This document shows, piece by piece, positions 8,638-17,343 of a DNA stretch of 49,443 nt. The notes beneath the pieces are model-generated. The model saw only the letters and a program-made list of their open reading frames with translations. It made no database searches and had not been told where the DNA came from. The stretch lies in the NCBI GenBank assembly GCA_029567195.1, contig JAKQLJ010000017.1, forward strand, positions 1 to 49,443. Direction: 5' to 3'. The stretch is from a bacterium. Its GTDB lineage: Bacteria > Patescibacteriota > Minisyncoccia > Moranbacterales > UBA2206. A program made the position numbers and the translations under genes. Numbering within the stretch: position 1 is the stretch's first letter; each line of letters opens with the position of its first letter.

Positions 8638-9252
8638 TCACAAGCGCAAAAGCCTTTCCATCACTTCCATCATTCCTTCTTCCTGTTTTTTTTCCGGCAA
8701 GAAATCCAAAAGAATTTCCCTGATGTGCACCGGATCTTCTTCATGAATGGGAATGTGAACATAAGGAAGGAGGTAGCTTTTGTTTTTAAGGCTCAAAATT
8801 TTCATATGCGGCGGCTCATAAAAAATCCAGAACGATTCAATATTGTCAAAATCATACATCTCTTTCCCGGCTACCACGCCGTCATAGGTCAAGATGAAAT
8901 CGAGAATTCTCGGCTCTTTTTGGATATAAATATAGCCTACCATGCCGATAAGAATAAAAGTGATGGCCATTATCAGGCTATCGGAATAAAGTGCCCAAAC
9001 AACAATAGCGCCTAAAATTACAGTTATCCAGATATACCATTTTCTATCTCGCTCGTATTCTTCGAATTCTGGCGCTTTCCAATGGGCAAGGACGTCTGTG
9101 GAATGTTCCGGAATCATTTTTTCTTCTGCCGGTTCCAAAAGCGGCTTTTCATTGGAGCCATATAAAAAATTGTCTATTTTTCTTTCTCTTGCATCATCAT
9201 GGCGCATATTGGCGTTAATGCTGTTTTTTTGACCCTGTTTTTCTATATACAT
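8638..9252 (-). CDS. Conserved CPR-type two-TM membrane protein (DUF5673-like)
   Basis: W.APEF..YER..KWY, two TM helices, then FWIFYEPP. Confidence 0.7.
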   Translation of the reverse strand: MYIEKQGQKNSINANMRHDDARERKIDNFLYGSNEKPLLEPAEEKMIPEHSTDVLAHWKAPEFEEYERDRKWYIWITVILGAIVVWALYSDSLIMAITFILIGMVGYIYIQKEPRILDFILTYDGVVAGKEMYDFDNIESFWIFYEPPHMKILSLKNKSYLLPYVHIPIHEEDPVHIREILLDFLPEKKQEEGMMEVMERLLRL

Positions 9253-9383
9253 TTTTTTGATTTTATTCTAGCTAAATATTATCACAGTTGAATTTAAATG
9301 ACTAATTAATAAAATCCGGGGTTTACAAAGACCCTTATAATTGGTAATATGATGCTTATGGGATTAAGCCAAAGCGGGTTTTT

Positions 9384-9470
9384 GGAAGGGTGGCTGAGTG
9401 GCTGAAAGCAGCACACTGCTAATGTGTTGACCTCGAAAGGGGTCCGTGGGTTCGAATCCCACCCCTTCCG
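9384..9470 (+). tRNA. tRNA-Ser(GCT)
   Basis: Acceptor GGAAGGG/CCCTTCC, anticodon loop CTGCTAA, long variable arm. Confidence 0.94.
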
Positions 9471-9608
9471 CCTTCAATCCGTCATATTGGATTTTCGGTT
9501 TGACAAAGTTCGCAGTAGTTTTGCGAAGACGACCAAGCGATCTCGGCGTAATATATCAAAATTTTTTGGGGGCATGTGAGTGTTTGTATTTTAGTTCTGT
9601 AGAAAAGC

Positions 9609-9695
9609 GGAGGAGTGCCCGAGTGGTTTAAGGGAACAGTCTTGAAAACTGTCGTATCGGAAACGGTACCGTGAGTTCGAATCTCACCTCCTCCG
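9609..9695 (+). tRNA. tRNA-Ser(TGA)
   Basis: Acceptor GGAGGAG/CTCCTCC, ACAGT-CTTGAAA-ACTGT, long variable arm. Confidence 0.94.
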
Positions 9696-9760
9696 CATCA
9701 AGCTTGCGTTATCGAGCAAGACCCGAGAGCCACAAGGGTCGCTCAATAAGAAAGAACGCT

Positions 9761-9783
9761 AAGACCGCCTTATGGGCGGTTTT
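9761..9783 (+). terminator. Terminator downstream of the tRNA-Ser pair
   Basis: AAGACCGCC-ttatg-GGCGGTTTT. Confidence 0.65.
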
Positions 9784-9843
9784 GAAGTTTCTCTGGCAGA
9801 TATTTACATGGTTATAATTATGTAAAAATGGTATAATAGAGCT

Positions 9844-11016
9844 ATGGAAAACGACCAAAAACATCTTAACTATAATGACACTATCAATCTCGGTTCTTAT
9901 TATACACCAGAGGTTATTGTGGATTTGGCTTATTCCATTTTGCAAAAAAATATTCCAAACATTAAATATTTTACAATTTTAGATTCGTCTTGCGGATACG
10001 GTTCATTTTTAGCAAAAAAAGATATTGCAAAAAGATGGGTTGGAGCAGATATTGATCAAGAGGCTATTTCTGAAGCCAAGAAAATAATTGGCGATATTGA
10101 TTATATCCATCTAAATTCACTCTCAAATGTTTGCCGCAAAAATCTTACAATTAGAAATGATGAAAAACTTATAGTCATAGGCAATCCGCCATATAATGAC
10201 ACCACATCCATAATTAGGAATTCTATAAAAGATGTTTCTATCCAAGACAAGATTGATACTGACATAAAAACCAGAGACTTGGGAATGTCGTTTTTGCTTT
10301 CTTACGATAAGCTCAAAGCAGATTATATTTGTGTTTTGCATCCCTTATCGTATCTAATTAAAAAAGCAAATTTTTCGTTACTTTCAAAATTTTCCAGAAA
10401 CTATAAATTAATTGACGGAATAATTATAAGCAGTCATGAGTTTTCTAATACCTCTCGAGGCATGGCCTTTCCCATCCTAGTAGCTTTTTACAAAAGAGAT
10501 CAGAGGGGAATGACTTATGATCATATTCAAAATTATAAATTTAAGGTTAAAGATGATGGCTCTTTCTGTTTGAATGATTTCGACACCATAGTTAATTATG
10601 TCCAAAAATATCCAAATAAAAAATATTTGAATAAAAACGACAAGCCAGTCGCAAAATTTTGGACGCTGAGAGATATAAACGCACTCAAGCGCAATCGTAC
10701 TTTTATTGATTCTGATACCTATAACACCGTTTATGTATTAATGGAAAAACTCCCTTATTATTGTTATATTGATGTTTTCAAGCAATACGCAGATAGGATG
10801 CCATATTTTATTGGAAATTGTGATGTAATAATTGATAACAAAAAATTTAATGAGATAAAAGAATGCTTTGTTGCGCAAAGTATTCACACAAATCCCATTT
10901 TAAAAAATAAATTTAAATTTAGGGAAATTCCTAATGCTAAATTAAAAATAGAAAAATATTTTAAGGAATTATTAGGTAGTAAATTAGGTGAAAAATATGC
11001 CAAAAATTTTAATTAA
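9844..11016 (+). CDS. N6-adenine DNA methyltransferase (M.PabI-like)
   Basis: GSYYTP, SAM-binding ILDSSCGYGSF, catalytic GNPPY; overlaps the downstream restriction gene. Confidence 0.88.
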   Translation: MENDQKHLNYNDTINLGSYYTPEVIVDLAYSILQKNIPNIKYFTILDSSCGYGSFLAKKDIAKRWVGADIDQEAISEAKKIIGDIDYIHLNSLSNVCRKNLTIRNDEKLIVIGNPPYNDTTSIIRNSIKDVSIQDKIDTDIKTRDLGMSFLLSYDKLKADYICVLHPLSYLIKKANFSLLSKFSRNYKLIDGIIISSHEFSNTSRGMAFPILVAFYKRDQRGMTYDHIQNYKFKVKDDGSFCLNDFDTIVNYVQKYPNKKYLNKNDKPVAKFWTLRDINALKRNRTFIDSDTYNTVYVLMEKLPYYCYIDVFKQYADRMPYFIGNCDVIIDNKKFNEIKECFVAQSIHTNPILKNKFKFREIPNAKLKIEKYFKELLGSKLGEKYAKNFN

Positions 11017-11758
11017 AGAAAGGGAGCGTAAAATTGAAGTGCCAATACTGTTAACTGCTGTTAGCGGAAAAATTCGTGTTAAAAAACGCTCGATTGTGAA
11101 TGAATATGGAACGCCAGTTGCGGTTAGACGAGATGGATTTTCTTTGAACAATTATGTAGAATGGCAAATTGGTTATGATGTTGTTAAGAAAGAAACTGAA
11201 AAGCTTGCGGAGTCATCTTTACCAGACACAGAGTTTATTGGTGCAAACGGGAAGACTAAAGCACTTTATGAATTATCAGAATATATTTGGTATTTTTATA
11301 AATGGAATATTGTGTCAAAAACAGATCTAGAGAATATTATCGATTATCTGAGTTTGATGCCAGGTAATAATTTAATTGATAATAATTCCGAGTTACAAAT
11401 TGATCGTAGCCATCCAACGACCAAAAATATAAACGGATTTGATTTTGAATATACTCAAGTCAAATATCCTCTTCTGATCTATAAATTTAACGGATATGAA
11501 ATTGTCACTGAAATAAAGATTACTGAGAAGCAATATGCTATTGGCACCCAACCCATGTTATATTTATGTTTCCCGATTACAGAGCTAAAATCGGAAACCA
11601 ATTTAGTTGGACGAACTGCCAATGCAAAAGAAATTGCCCATTTTGAAATCTCAGAGAGCAATATTAAAGTGTTTTTGGAGATGTTAAAAATGTTTGGTAT
11701 TTTGTCAAAAAATCACAAACACGACATTCTACAGATTATCAATACGATTATAAATTAG
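10997..11758 (+). CDS. R.PabI-family restriction enzyme (adenine DNA glycosylase, HALFPIPE fold)
   Basis: SGKIRVKKR, YVEWQIGYD, LYELSE and KQYAIGTQPMLY motifs recalled from the R.PabI family; adjacent methyltransferase. Confidence 0.78.
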   Translation: MPKILIKERERKIEVPILLTAVSGKIRVKKRSIVNEYGTPVAVRRDGFSLNNYVEWQIGYDVVKKETEKLAESSLPDTEFIGANGKTKALYELSEYIWYFYKWNIVSKTDLENIIDYLSLMPGNNLIDNNSELQIDRSHPTTKNINGFDFEYTQVKYPLLIYKFNGYEIVTEIKITEKQYAIGTQPMLYLCFPITELKSETNLVGRTANAKEIAHFEISESNIKVFLEMLKMFGILSKNHKHDILQIINTIIN

Positions 11759-12059
11759 GCGGCGCGCCAGTCTCACTGGCACGAAATTCGGCGGTGGCGA
11801 AAGCGAGGGCGGGTAAAAATTCCTTCCCACCAACTTCCTTCCTTTTTGCCTGCTCGAGTGATTAGATTTCAAAATTTGCAATCCGGATTTTCATCAAAAA
11901 AGGTTCGGATTTTAACCAAAAGGCACTGCCAAGTTTTGCATTACCTATTTTTATGATAAACTATAAGCAATAAAAAACCAGTCAGGTTATGAAAAAGATT
12001 ATGAAAAAAACAAACAGAAAATAATTCTTAAGAAGTCAGTTTTAAGCGTTAGTCAAAGA

Positions 12060-14207
12060 ATGTTTTTTAGTTTTCTTTTGGTTTTTATTTTTGGTTTTTG
12101 CTTTGGAGCAAGGGCCAGCGCAACGACATATTATGTTAGTCAAAGCGCTACTAATGGATACAATATAGGAGTTGATACCAATAGCGGACAGACAAAGGAA
12201 CTCCCGTTTCTTACTGTGGGGAAAGCGGTCAGTACTTATAGCGCCGGCGATACTATTGTGCTAAATGACGGAACATATTTAACAACCGCTGGAGGATCCG
12301 GAGCTGCATATCTGACATTGACAAAAGCAGTTACGATAAATGCTGAAACTACTCTCGGAGCTACAATAACATCAACCTCGGCATCTTATACCATCTATAT
12401 AAATCCATCAGCAACGGGAACCTATACATTTGGAAGTTTAATTTTAAATTCTAATAACGTTTCTTATACATCTCTAACATTAGCCAACTCGGCATATAAT
12501 CCAACTCTTGTTTTAAACGGAACCAGAATATTAAATCCCACCTTACGGGGGATAATAGTTACAGAAGGCAATCCCGCCTTAATTGATGTAAATGATGCTT
12601 CTATTTACATATCCAGTCTTAGCAATGCCGGAACGATATTTGATTTGTCTTATCTGGCGGCTGGGAACGTAGAGATAGATGGACTGACATTAAATGTTAC
12701 CACAGCGGCTGGCGCGGCAAGCGTTGAAGGTATTAAGATAGTTTCTTCGACCGGAACAGGCTCAACAGTGAGCGTAAAAAATGTTACCGGCAGTGTTTCC
12801 AGTGCTGTTGGAAATGTGAATCCCGGAGTAATTTCAATAAACAATATTCCTTCGGCTGAAGTTTCAGATTTCGATATCACTCTAACCGCTGCCGGAACAT
12901 ATGGCATCAACATCATAACAGGAAGTGGCGCTAGCATTCACGACGGAACGATTAACTATAACGCTCCTGCTGGATATGCCATTTATTCCAATGCTCCGTC
13001 AATAAGCATTTATGGAAATACGGTTAGTAATAATAACACGGATCAGTCGAAAACTCCCCACGGAATAGCTATTTATAATACGACCGGCGGCCATGTCTAT
13101 CAAAATAGCGTTTCTGGTTTTTGTCCTGCTTATCTTGCTGCCCTTACAGATGCCACGACAATGTTTGATTATAATATAGTTATGAATCCTTATGGGAATT
13201 ATCAGCTCTATGCGAAAGGAGCCACAGGTTCGAAGTTTTATAACAACACGGTCTATGCCAGGACGGGATATAACGGAGTTTGTATGGGAATGCAGGACAA
13301 TGGAGTAACCCATAGCACAGGAGTGGAATATAAAAACAATATTTGCTATGACTCATCGACAAGTCCTAAGTTTTTATTTACTGATGCGAATCAAACCGCA
13401 ACATTTTCAAATAATCTCTATTATTCTCCCGAGGCATTAATAGCCACGTCTTGGCAATATGGAGGTTCAAATTATAGCACTTTTGCGAATTGGCAATCCG
13501 CAGAGGCTTCGGCAATATGGGGAGATCCGCTTTTTGTTTCTTCTTCCGACTATAATCTTCAATCTACTTCTCCTGCTATCAATGCCGGAATAGATGTTTC
13601 TCTTACTGCTGATTATGCGGGCAATCCAATTTGCGGTCTTCCTGATGTTGGCGCTTACGAAAATTGTGTTAGTGAGGAGGAGGAAGAAGAAGAAAACGAT
13701 CTTAATGTTCATTCCGTTAAACTGACATCCACTGAAAACTCAGTTACTCTCAAATGGAAAACTGACAATAATACTAAATCAATCGTAAAATATGGGATAA
13801 ATAAAAATATTAGAAAAAATAAAAAAGATAATGATAAGGAAAAAAATCACAAAATGACCATAAAAAATCTTCTTCCTAACACTCAATACTACTTTAAGAT
13901 AAAAGCCAAGGATAGTGAAAATAATGAGGATTCCAGTCGGGTTCATTCTATAAAAACATTGCCAAGGACAGTGATTGCCCGAACAGTCTTGTCATCTCAG
14001 AAAGAAAATCAAGCCAAGAACGAAACCGCACCTAACGCTTGCTCGTATGTCGTAGAGCCCGGCGATGCCTTATGGAGTATTGCTAAAAAAATATACGGCG
14101 ATCCCACAGCTTACTTGTTGATCATTGAGAAAAATAAAAATAATTATCCGAATATCGGATCAAAACTGTTAGTCGGGCAAAAATTAACTTTTGATTGCGA
14201 TAATTAG
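12060..14207 (+). CDS. Secreted parallel beta-helix protein with FN3 and C-terminal LysM domains
   Basis: Signal peptide ending ASA-TTYYVS, beta-helix repeats, DPLFV..DYNLQSTSPAINAG...DVGAYE, FN3 (LLPNTQYYFKI), LysM (YVVEPGDALWSIA). Confidence 0.8.
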   Translation: MFFSFLLVFIFGFCFGARASATTYYVSQSATNGYNIGVDTNSGQTKELPFLTVGKAVSTYSAGDTIVLNDGTYLTTAGGSGAAYLTLTKAVTINAETTLGATITSTSASYTIYINPSATGTYTFGSLILNSNNVSYTSLTLANSAYNPTLVLNGTRILNPTLRGIIVTEGNPALIDVNDASIYISSLSNAGTIFDLSYLAAGNVEIDGLTLNVTTAAGAASVEGIKIVSSTGTGSTVSVKNVTGSVSSAVGNVNPGVISINNIPSAEVSDFDITLTAAGTYGINIITGSGASIHDGTINYNAPAGYAIYSNAPSISIYGNTVSNNNTDQSKTPHGIAIYNTTGGHVYQNSVSGFCPAYLAALTDATTMFDYNIVMNPYGNYQLYAKGATGSKFYNNTVYARTGYNGVCMGMQDNGVTHSTGVEYKNNICYDSSTSPKFLFTDANQTATFSNNLYYSPEALIATSWQYGGSNYSTFANWQSAEASAIWGDPLFVSSSDYNLQSTSPAINAGIDVSLTADYAGNPICGLPDVGAYENCVSEEEEEEENDLNVHSVKLTSTENSVTLKWKTDNNTKSIVKYGINKNIRKNKKDNDKEKNHKMTIKNLLPNTQYYFKIKAKDSENNEDSSRVHSIKTLPRTVIARTVLSSQKENQAKNETAPNACSYVVEPGDALWSIAKKIYGDPTAYLLIIEKNKNNYPNIGSKLLVGQKLTFDCDN

Positions 14208-14310
14208 TAAAATTAATATAATCATTATCTAAAATATTTTTATAAATTTCTATCACCGACGATTTACTTTTCCGGCCGACTGTGCTAAAATACGAATAAA
14301 GAAGGAATTT

Positions 14311-15057
14311 ATGCTGGAACAAGAACTGCAAAAATTGGGATTGTCGGATAAAGAGGCGAGAATATACCTAGCTTCGCTTCAGCTTGGCAAATCGCCGGTT
14401 CAGGAGATTGCCGAGCAGGCGAAAGTTAATCGTGGAACGGCTTATGATATCATCCGGTCTTTAATGAATAAGGGTCTAATGAGCTCATTTGATCAAGGCA
14501 AAAAAACCTATTTCACGGCCGAATCGCCGGAGCGGCTTTCTAGTCTCATAAAAATCCAAGGAGAAGAACTAAAGCTTAAGGAAAAGGAATTTTCCAAATA
14601 TCTACCGGAGCTGCGTTCGATGTATGGATCGGCGGATAATAAGCCTAAAGTGAAGTATTATGAAGGCAGAGAAGGCATACTTGCTATTCAGGAGGAATGT
14701 CTTAAGGTGAAAACAAAAAATATATATGGGATTACATGCCTTGATACAGTTGCTAATTTGTTTCCCGAAACATTTAAATATTATTCACCAAAAAGAATAT
14801 CCAAAGGAATACAATCAAAAGTTATTTATACGACAATAAATGTGCCCCCGCTTAACCATGAGGATGACAAAATATCTCTTCGCGAAATGAAGCACATTCC
14901 TCATGAAGAATTTCCTTTTTCTATAGATATAACGATTTTTGATAATAAAGTTGCTTTTAGGTCATTAAATGAGGAAAAACCAGGCGGAGTTATTATAGAA
15001 GATAAACAGATTGCTGAATCTATGGTGGCAATATTTAACCGACTTTGGGAAAAATGA
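14311..15057 (+). CDS. TrmB-family HTH transcriptional regulator
   Basis: LGLSDKEARIYLASL...EIAEQAKVNRGTAYDII..L.NKGL; C-terminal YYEGREGI and IFDNKVAF. Confidence 0.88.
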   Translation: MLEQELQKLGLSDKEARIYLASLQLGKSPVQEIAEQAKVNRGTAYDIIRSLMNKGLMSSFDQGKKTYFTAESPERLSSLIKIQGEELKLKEKEFSKYLPELRSMYGSADNKPKVKYYEGREGILAIQEECLKVKTKNIYGITCLDTVANLFPETFKYYSPKRISKGIQSKVIYTTINVPPLNHEDDKISLREMKHIPHEEFPFSIDITIFDNKVAFRSLNEEKPGGVIIEDKQIAESMVAIFNRLWEK

Positions 15058-15142
15058 TTAGAGTTTCTTCTACATTTATTGAAGAGTGAAATGCCTATAA
15101 TAAGGGCATTTTTTGATATAATTGGAGTTTCGTAGATATAGA

Positions 15143-15171
15143 TTGACAAAATCAGAAATAGGTGCTATACT
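15143..15171 (+). promoter_or_regulatory. Consensus sigma-70 promoter P1
   Basis: TTGACA-17 bp-TATACT with TG extension. Confidence 0.8.
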
Positions 15172-15440
15172 TCCTGCAGTTGGTTTATTATAGCAGAAAG
15201 GAGGTAAAATACAGTGGGCGGATTCTAGCTGAAAAAGCTTCATTAACAGAAAGGATTGTGTAGATGCGGCGATTTTATCGGATTTAGGTTAAGAATGGCT
15301 AAAATGAGCGATTTATTGTTATGATCGCCAGCGTCCGCAAAAGGCAAGGGAGTTGTACTGTTTATTCAAGAAGGCAGGGAGAACACTTTGACACCCTGCA
15401 ACCGCGGGAAAACGCTTGAAACCCGCGGCGTAATATGACA

Positions 15441-15490
15441 AGGCGCTCGCTGATCTTCCCAAAGAGGACGACACGAGCGCCTCTTTTTTT
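15441..15490 (+). terminator. Intrinsic terminator ending the P1 transcript
   Basis: AGGCGCTCG...CGAGCGCCT followed by CTTTTTTT. Confidence 0.75.
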
Positions 15491-15627
15491 ATCTATTTTT
15501 TATGTTTTCAAAAGCTTGAAAAAACACGGATAAAAAATAATAGGCATAAGTCTGCTAAATTATAATACTAAAATAAGGCTTAAATAGTGTATAAAACAAC
15601 AATGACAAAAAATAATGTAGAAAAGAC

Positions 15628-15656
15628 TTGACAAAATTTCAGTCGTTTGCTATACT
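15628..15656 (+). promoter_or_regulatory. Consensus sigma-70 promoter P2 upstream of the hairpin-repeat array
   Basis: TTGACA-17 bp-TATACT with TG extension; shares TTGACAAAAT and TGCTATACT with P1. Confidence 0.8.
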
Positions 15657-15944
15657 CCCAAAGTCAAGCTAAAAGATAGATTCGTCTGGCGCTGGTTATA
15701 AGTAATATATTTTGAACCAGAAATAAAGATGAATCACTTATCTGTTTGATAAGATAAAAAATACGGTGAATATCAGGCCCTTTGACAACTTACCCTCACT
15801 TTTCTTCGCAAATTAGCTTTGTTGGGAGAAGTGAGGGAGTTATATCACATTCAACTTTTACCCGATTTGTAAATAGTTCTAAATTTTTAGAGGGAAAAAC
15901 ATTGGGTTTTTTCAATCAAATCACTCTTGCTTAGGGAGGTTACA

Positions 15945-16256
15945 ATGATCAAGAAACACAAGATCTTTCAAGTAATCCAGGAGGGAGTAATCCCGAATGG
16001 AGGCAGGGTCGAACGCTGGAAAAGCTGCAACGGAGAGTTCCATGTGGACTTTCTGATTGAGCTTTTCTTCGAGGAGAATGGTGAGGTCGCATTTGCCAGG
16101 CAACTTTTAGAAATAGAAGTCGGCCAGTGCGATTGTCAAATCATTCTCAAATACACTTTCCCTTTTTCCCAGGATGAATCCGATGAATTTGACTGGGACG
16201 ATGATCTACTAGCTGCAATGGAGGCTGGTAGATTAGAAAACTTCGCTACTCTCTAA
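15945..16256 (+). CDS. Small acidic hypothetical protein (array cassette A)
   Basis: GGGAGGT RBS, ATG at 15945; stop codon lies inside the repeat stem; paralog of the next ORF. Confidence 0.75.
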   Translation: MIKKHKIFQVIQEGVIPNGGRVERWKSCNGEFHVDFLIELFFEENGEVAFARQLLEIEVGQCDCQIILKYTFPFSQDESDEFDWDDDLLAAMEAGRLENFATL

Positions 16257-16341
16257 AAGTTTGTAAATAGTTATAAATTTTTAGAGGGAAAAACATTGGG
16301 TTTTTCCGATTGTCCTTTCGCTTTATTATAGGAGGCATACC

Positions 16342-16660
16342 ATGCGCGACTGCTGCTATATAATTTTCGAAACCGTCGAAGAAGGAACCACCCTCGATGG
16401 CGGCGTGGTTTTGCGGTCAAAAGGCTGCAATGGAGAAAATCATATGGATTTTCTTCATACGGTCTGTTATGACCAAGACGGGGGAGTTGAATGGTCCGAT
16501 GAGTTAGCTTATATCAATCGGGGCCGTTGTGATCATGGATGGTTTACTACATCCCGCCGTCTTTGCTGATAACTCCTTCCCGGATGAATATCATTGTCCG
16601 GTCGCACAGCTACCAGCTGGAATGAGGGCTGGTAGATTAAAAAACTTCGCAACTCTCTAA
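16342..16660 (+). pseudogene. Frameshifted paralog of cassette A (ORF 16342-16569; +1 frame continues to 16660)
   Basis: AGGAGG RBS; shares IF.V.EG...GG.V.R.K.CNGE.H.DFL; the shifted frame ends AGRLKNFATL* versus AGRLENFATL*. Confidence 0.65.
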
Positions 16661-17060
16661 GACATCTTTATTTACTAATGTGAGTCGAGATGTCTTAGAG
16701 GGGATTTGTTTTCCTCTTGCACTCTGCAAGATTTACCTCTGCACCATTTCTACGTCGATTATTTTTGAAGAAATAATTTAATTAGAAATGGTGCGGGGTG
16801 GGACAAAATTTTTACCTGCGAAGTTTTTATTTTGTTTAAAATCTCATCGAGATGATCTTGTGGAGTCCAAGAGGGAAGCAAATTATTCTCGCAGTAGTTT
16901 TGCTAGTTTCTTCAGAGTAAAAAACTAGCCTACGGCGTAGCTGAAACGTCGTGGAACACGGAATTATTTCGTGGCCGGAAAGATTTCGGGTTTCCTGGGA
17001 ACCTACTTATCTTTTCAGCAAGGATCAGAGAAGGGGAGAACTGGTCTAAATCAGCGATTA
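16640..17060 (+). ncRNA. Putative structured non-coding unit within the array
   Basis: No ORF of 60 aa or more; many hairpins, e.g. CTGCACCATTTCTA/TAGAAATGGTGCGG; TGCGAAGTTTTT at 16817 is complementary to the repeat motif. Confidence 0.4.
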
Positions 17061-17151
17061 TAAACTTCGCTTCCCTTAAAAAATTTTTATTTGAAAAGAA
17101 ATTTTTTAAGGGAAATAAAAACTAAAACAATCAGACTGCCGTGGAGGGGTT

Positions 17152-17343
17152 ATGGCAGATCAAATCATTCGTATTTCCGGCCAGTATCGTACTTACTCTT
17201 GGACAAGAGGTCTTGCACCTCAACGTCCGGTGCGGTCGCTGGAAGAAGAGGCTCGGAGAAATCCGCAGGCCGTTATCTTCCGCCTTCTCAATGAGGGTCG
17301 TGAAGATGAGGCTGAGAATTTTTTCCAACGCTTCGTCCAGTAA
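17152..17343 (+). CDS. Small hypothetical protein (array cassette)
   Basis: GGAGGGG RBS immediately upstream; 63 aa between repeats. Confidence 0.6.
   Translation: MADQIIRISGQYRTYSWTRGLAPQRPVRSLEEEARRNPQAVIFRLLNEGREDEAENFFQRFVQ

Larger units (their letters stand above)
9695..11931. mobile_element. tRNA-Ser(TGA)-integrated mini-island carrying a restriction-modification system
   Basis: Low-GC cargo; right end GTTC-N21-GCCA versus tRNA GTTC-N16-GC; minus-strand peptide remnant WQCLLVKIRTFFDENP. Confidence 0.6.

Noticed and set aside
9510-9524. 15-bp exact match TCGCAGTAGTTTTGC shared with 16889-16903
   Set aside because: About one such match is expected by chance in 49 kb, and it does not extend.
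15264-16569. Stop-codon reassignment (code 25) to explain the interrupted ORFs
   Set aside because: Several clear genes end in TGA, the interruptions include TAG and TAA, and cassette B is explained by a frameshift.
16700-17060. RNase P RNA, tmRNA, SRP RNA or group II intron
   Set aside because: Could not find GAGGAAAGTCC, tRNA-like ends, the SRP domain IV loop or a domain V helix by eye. An Rfam scan would be decisive.
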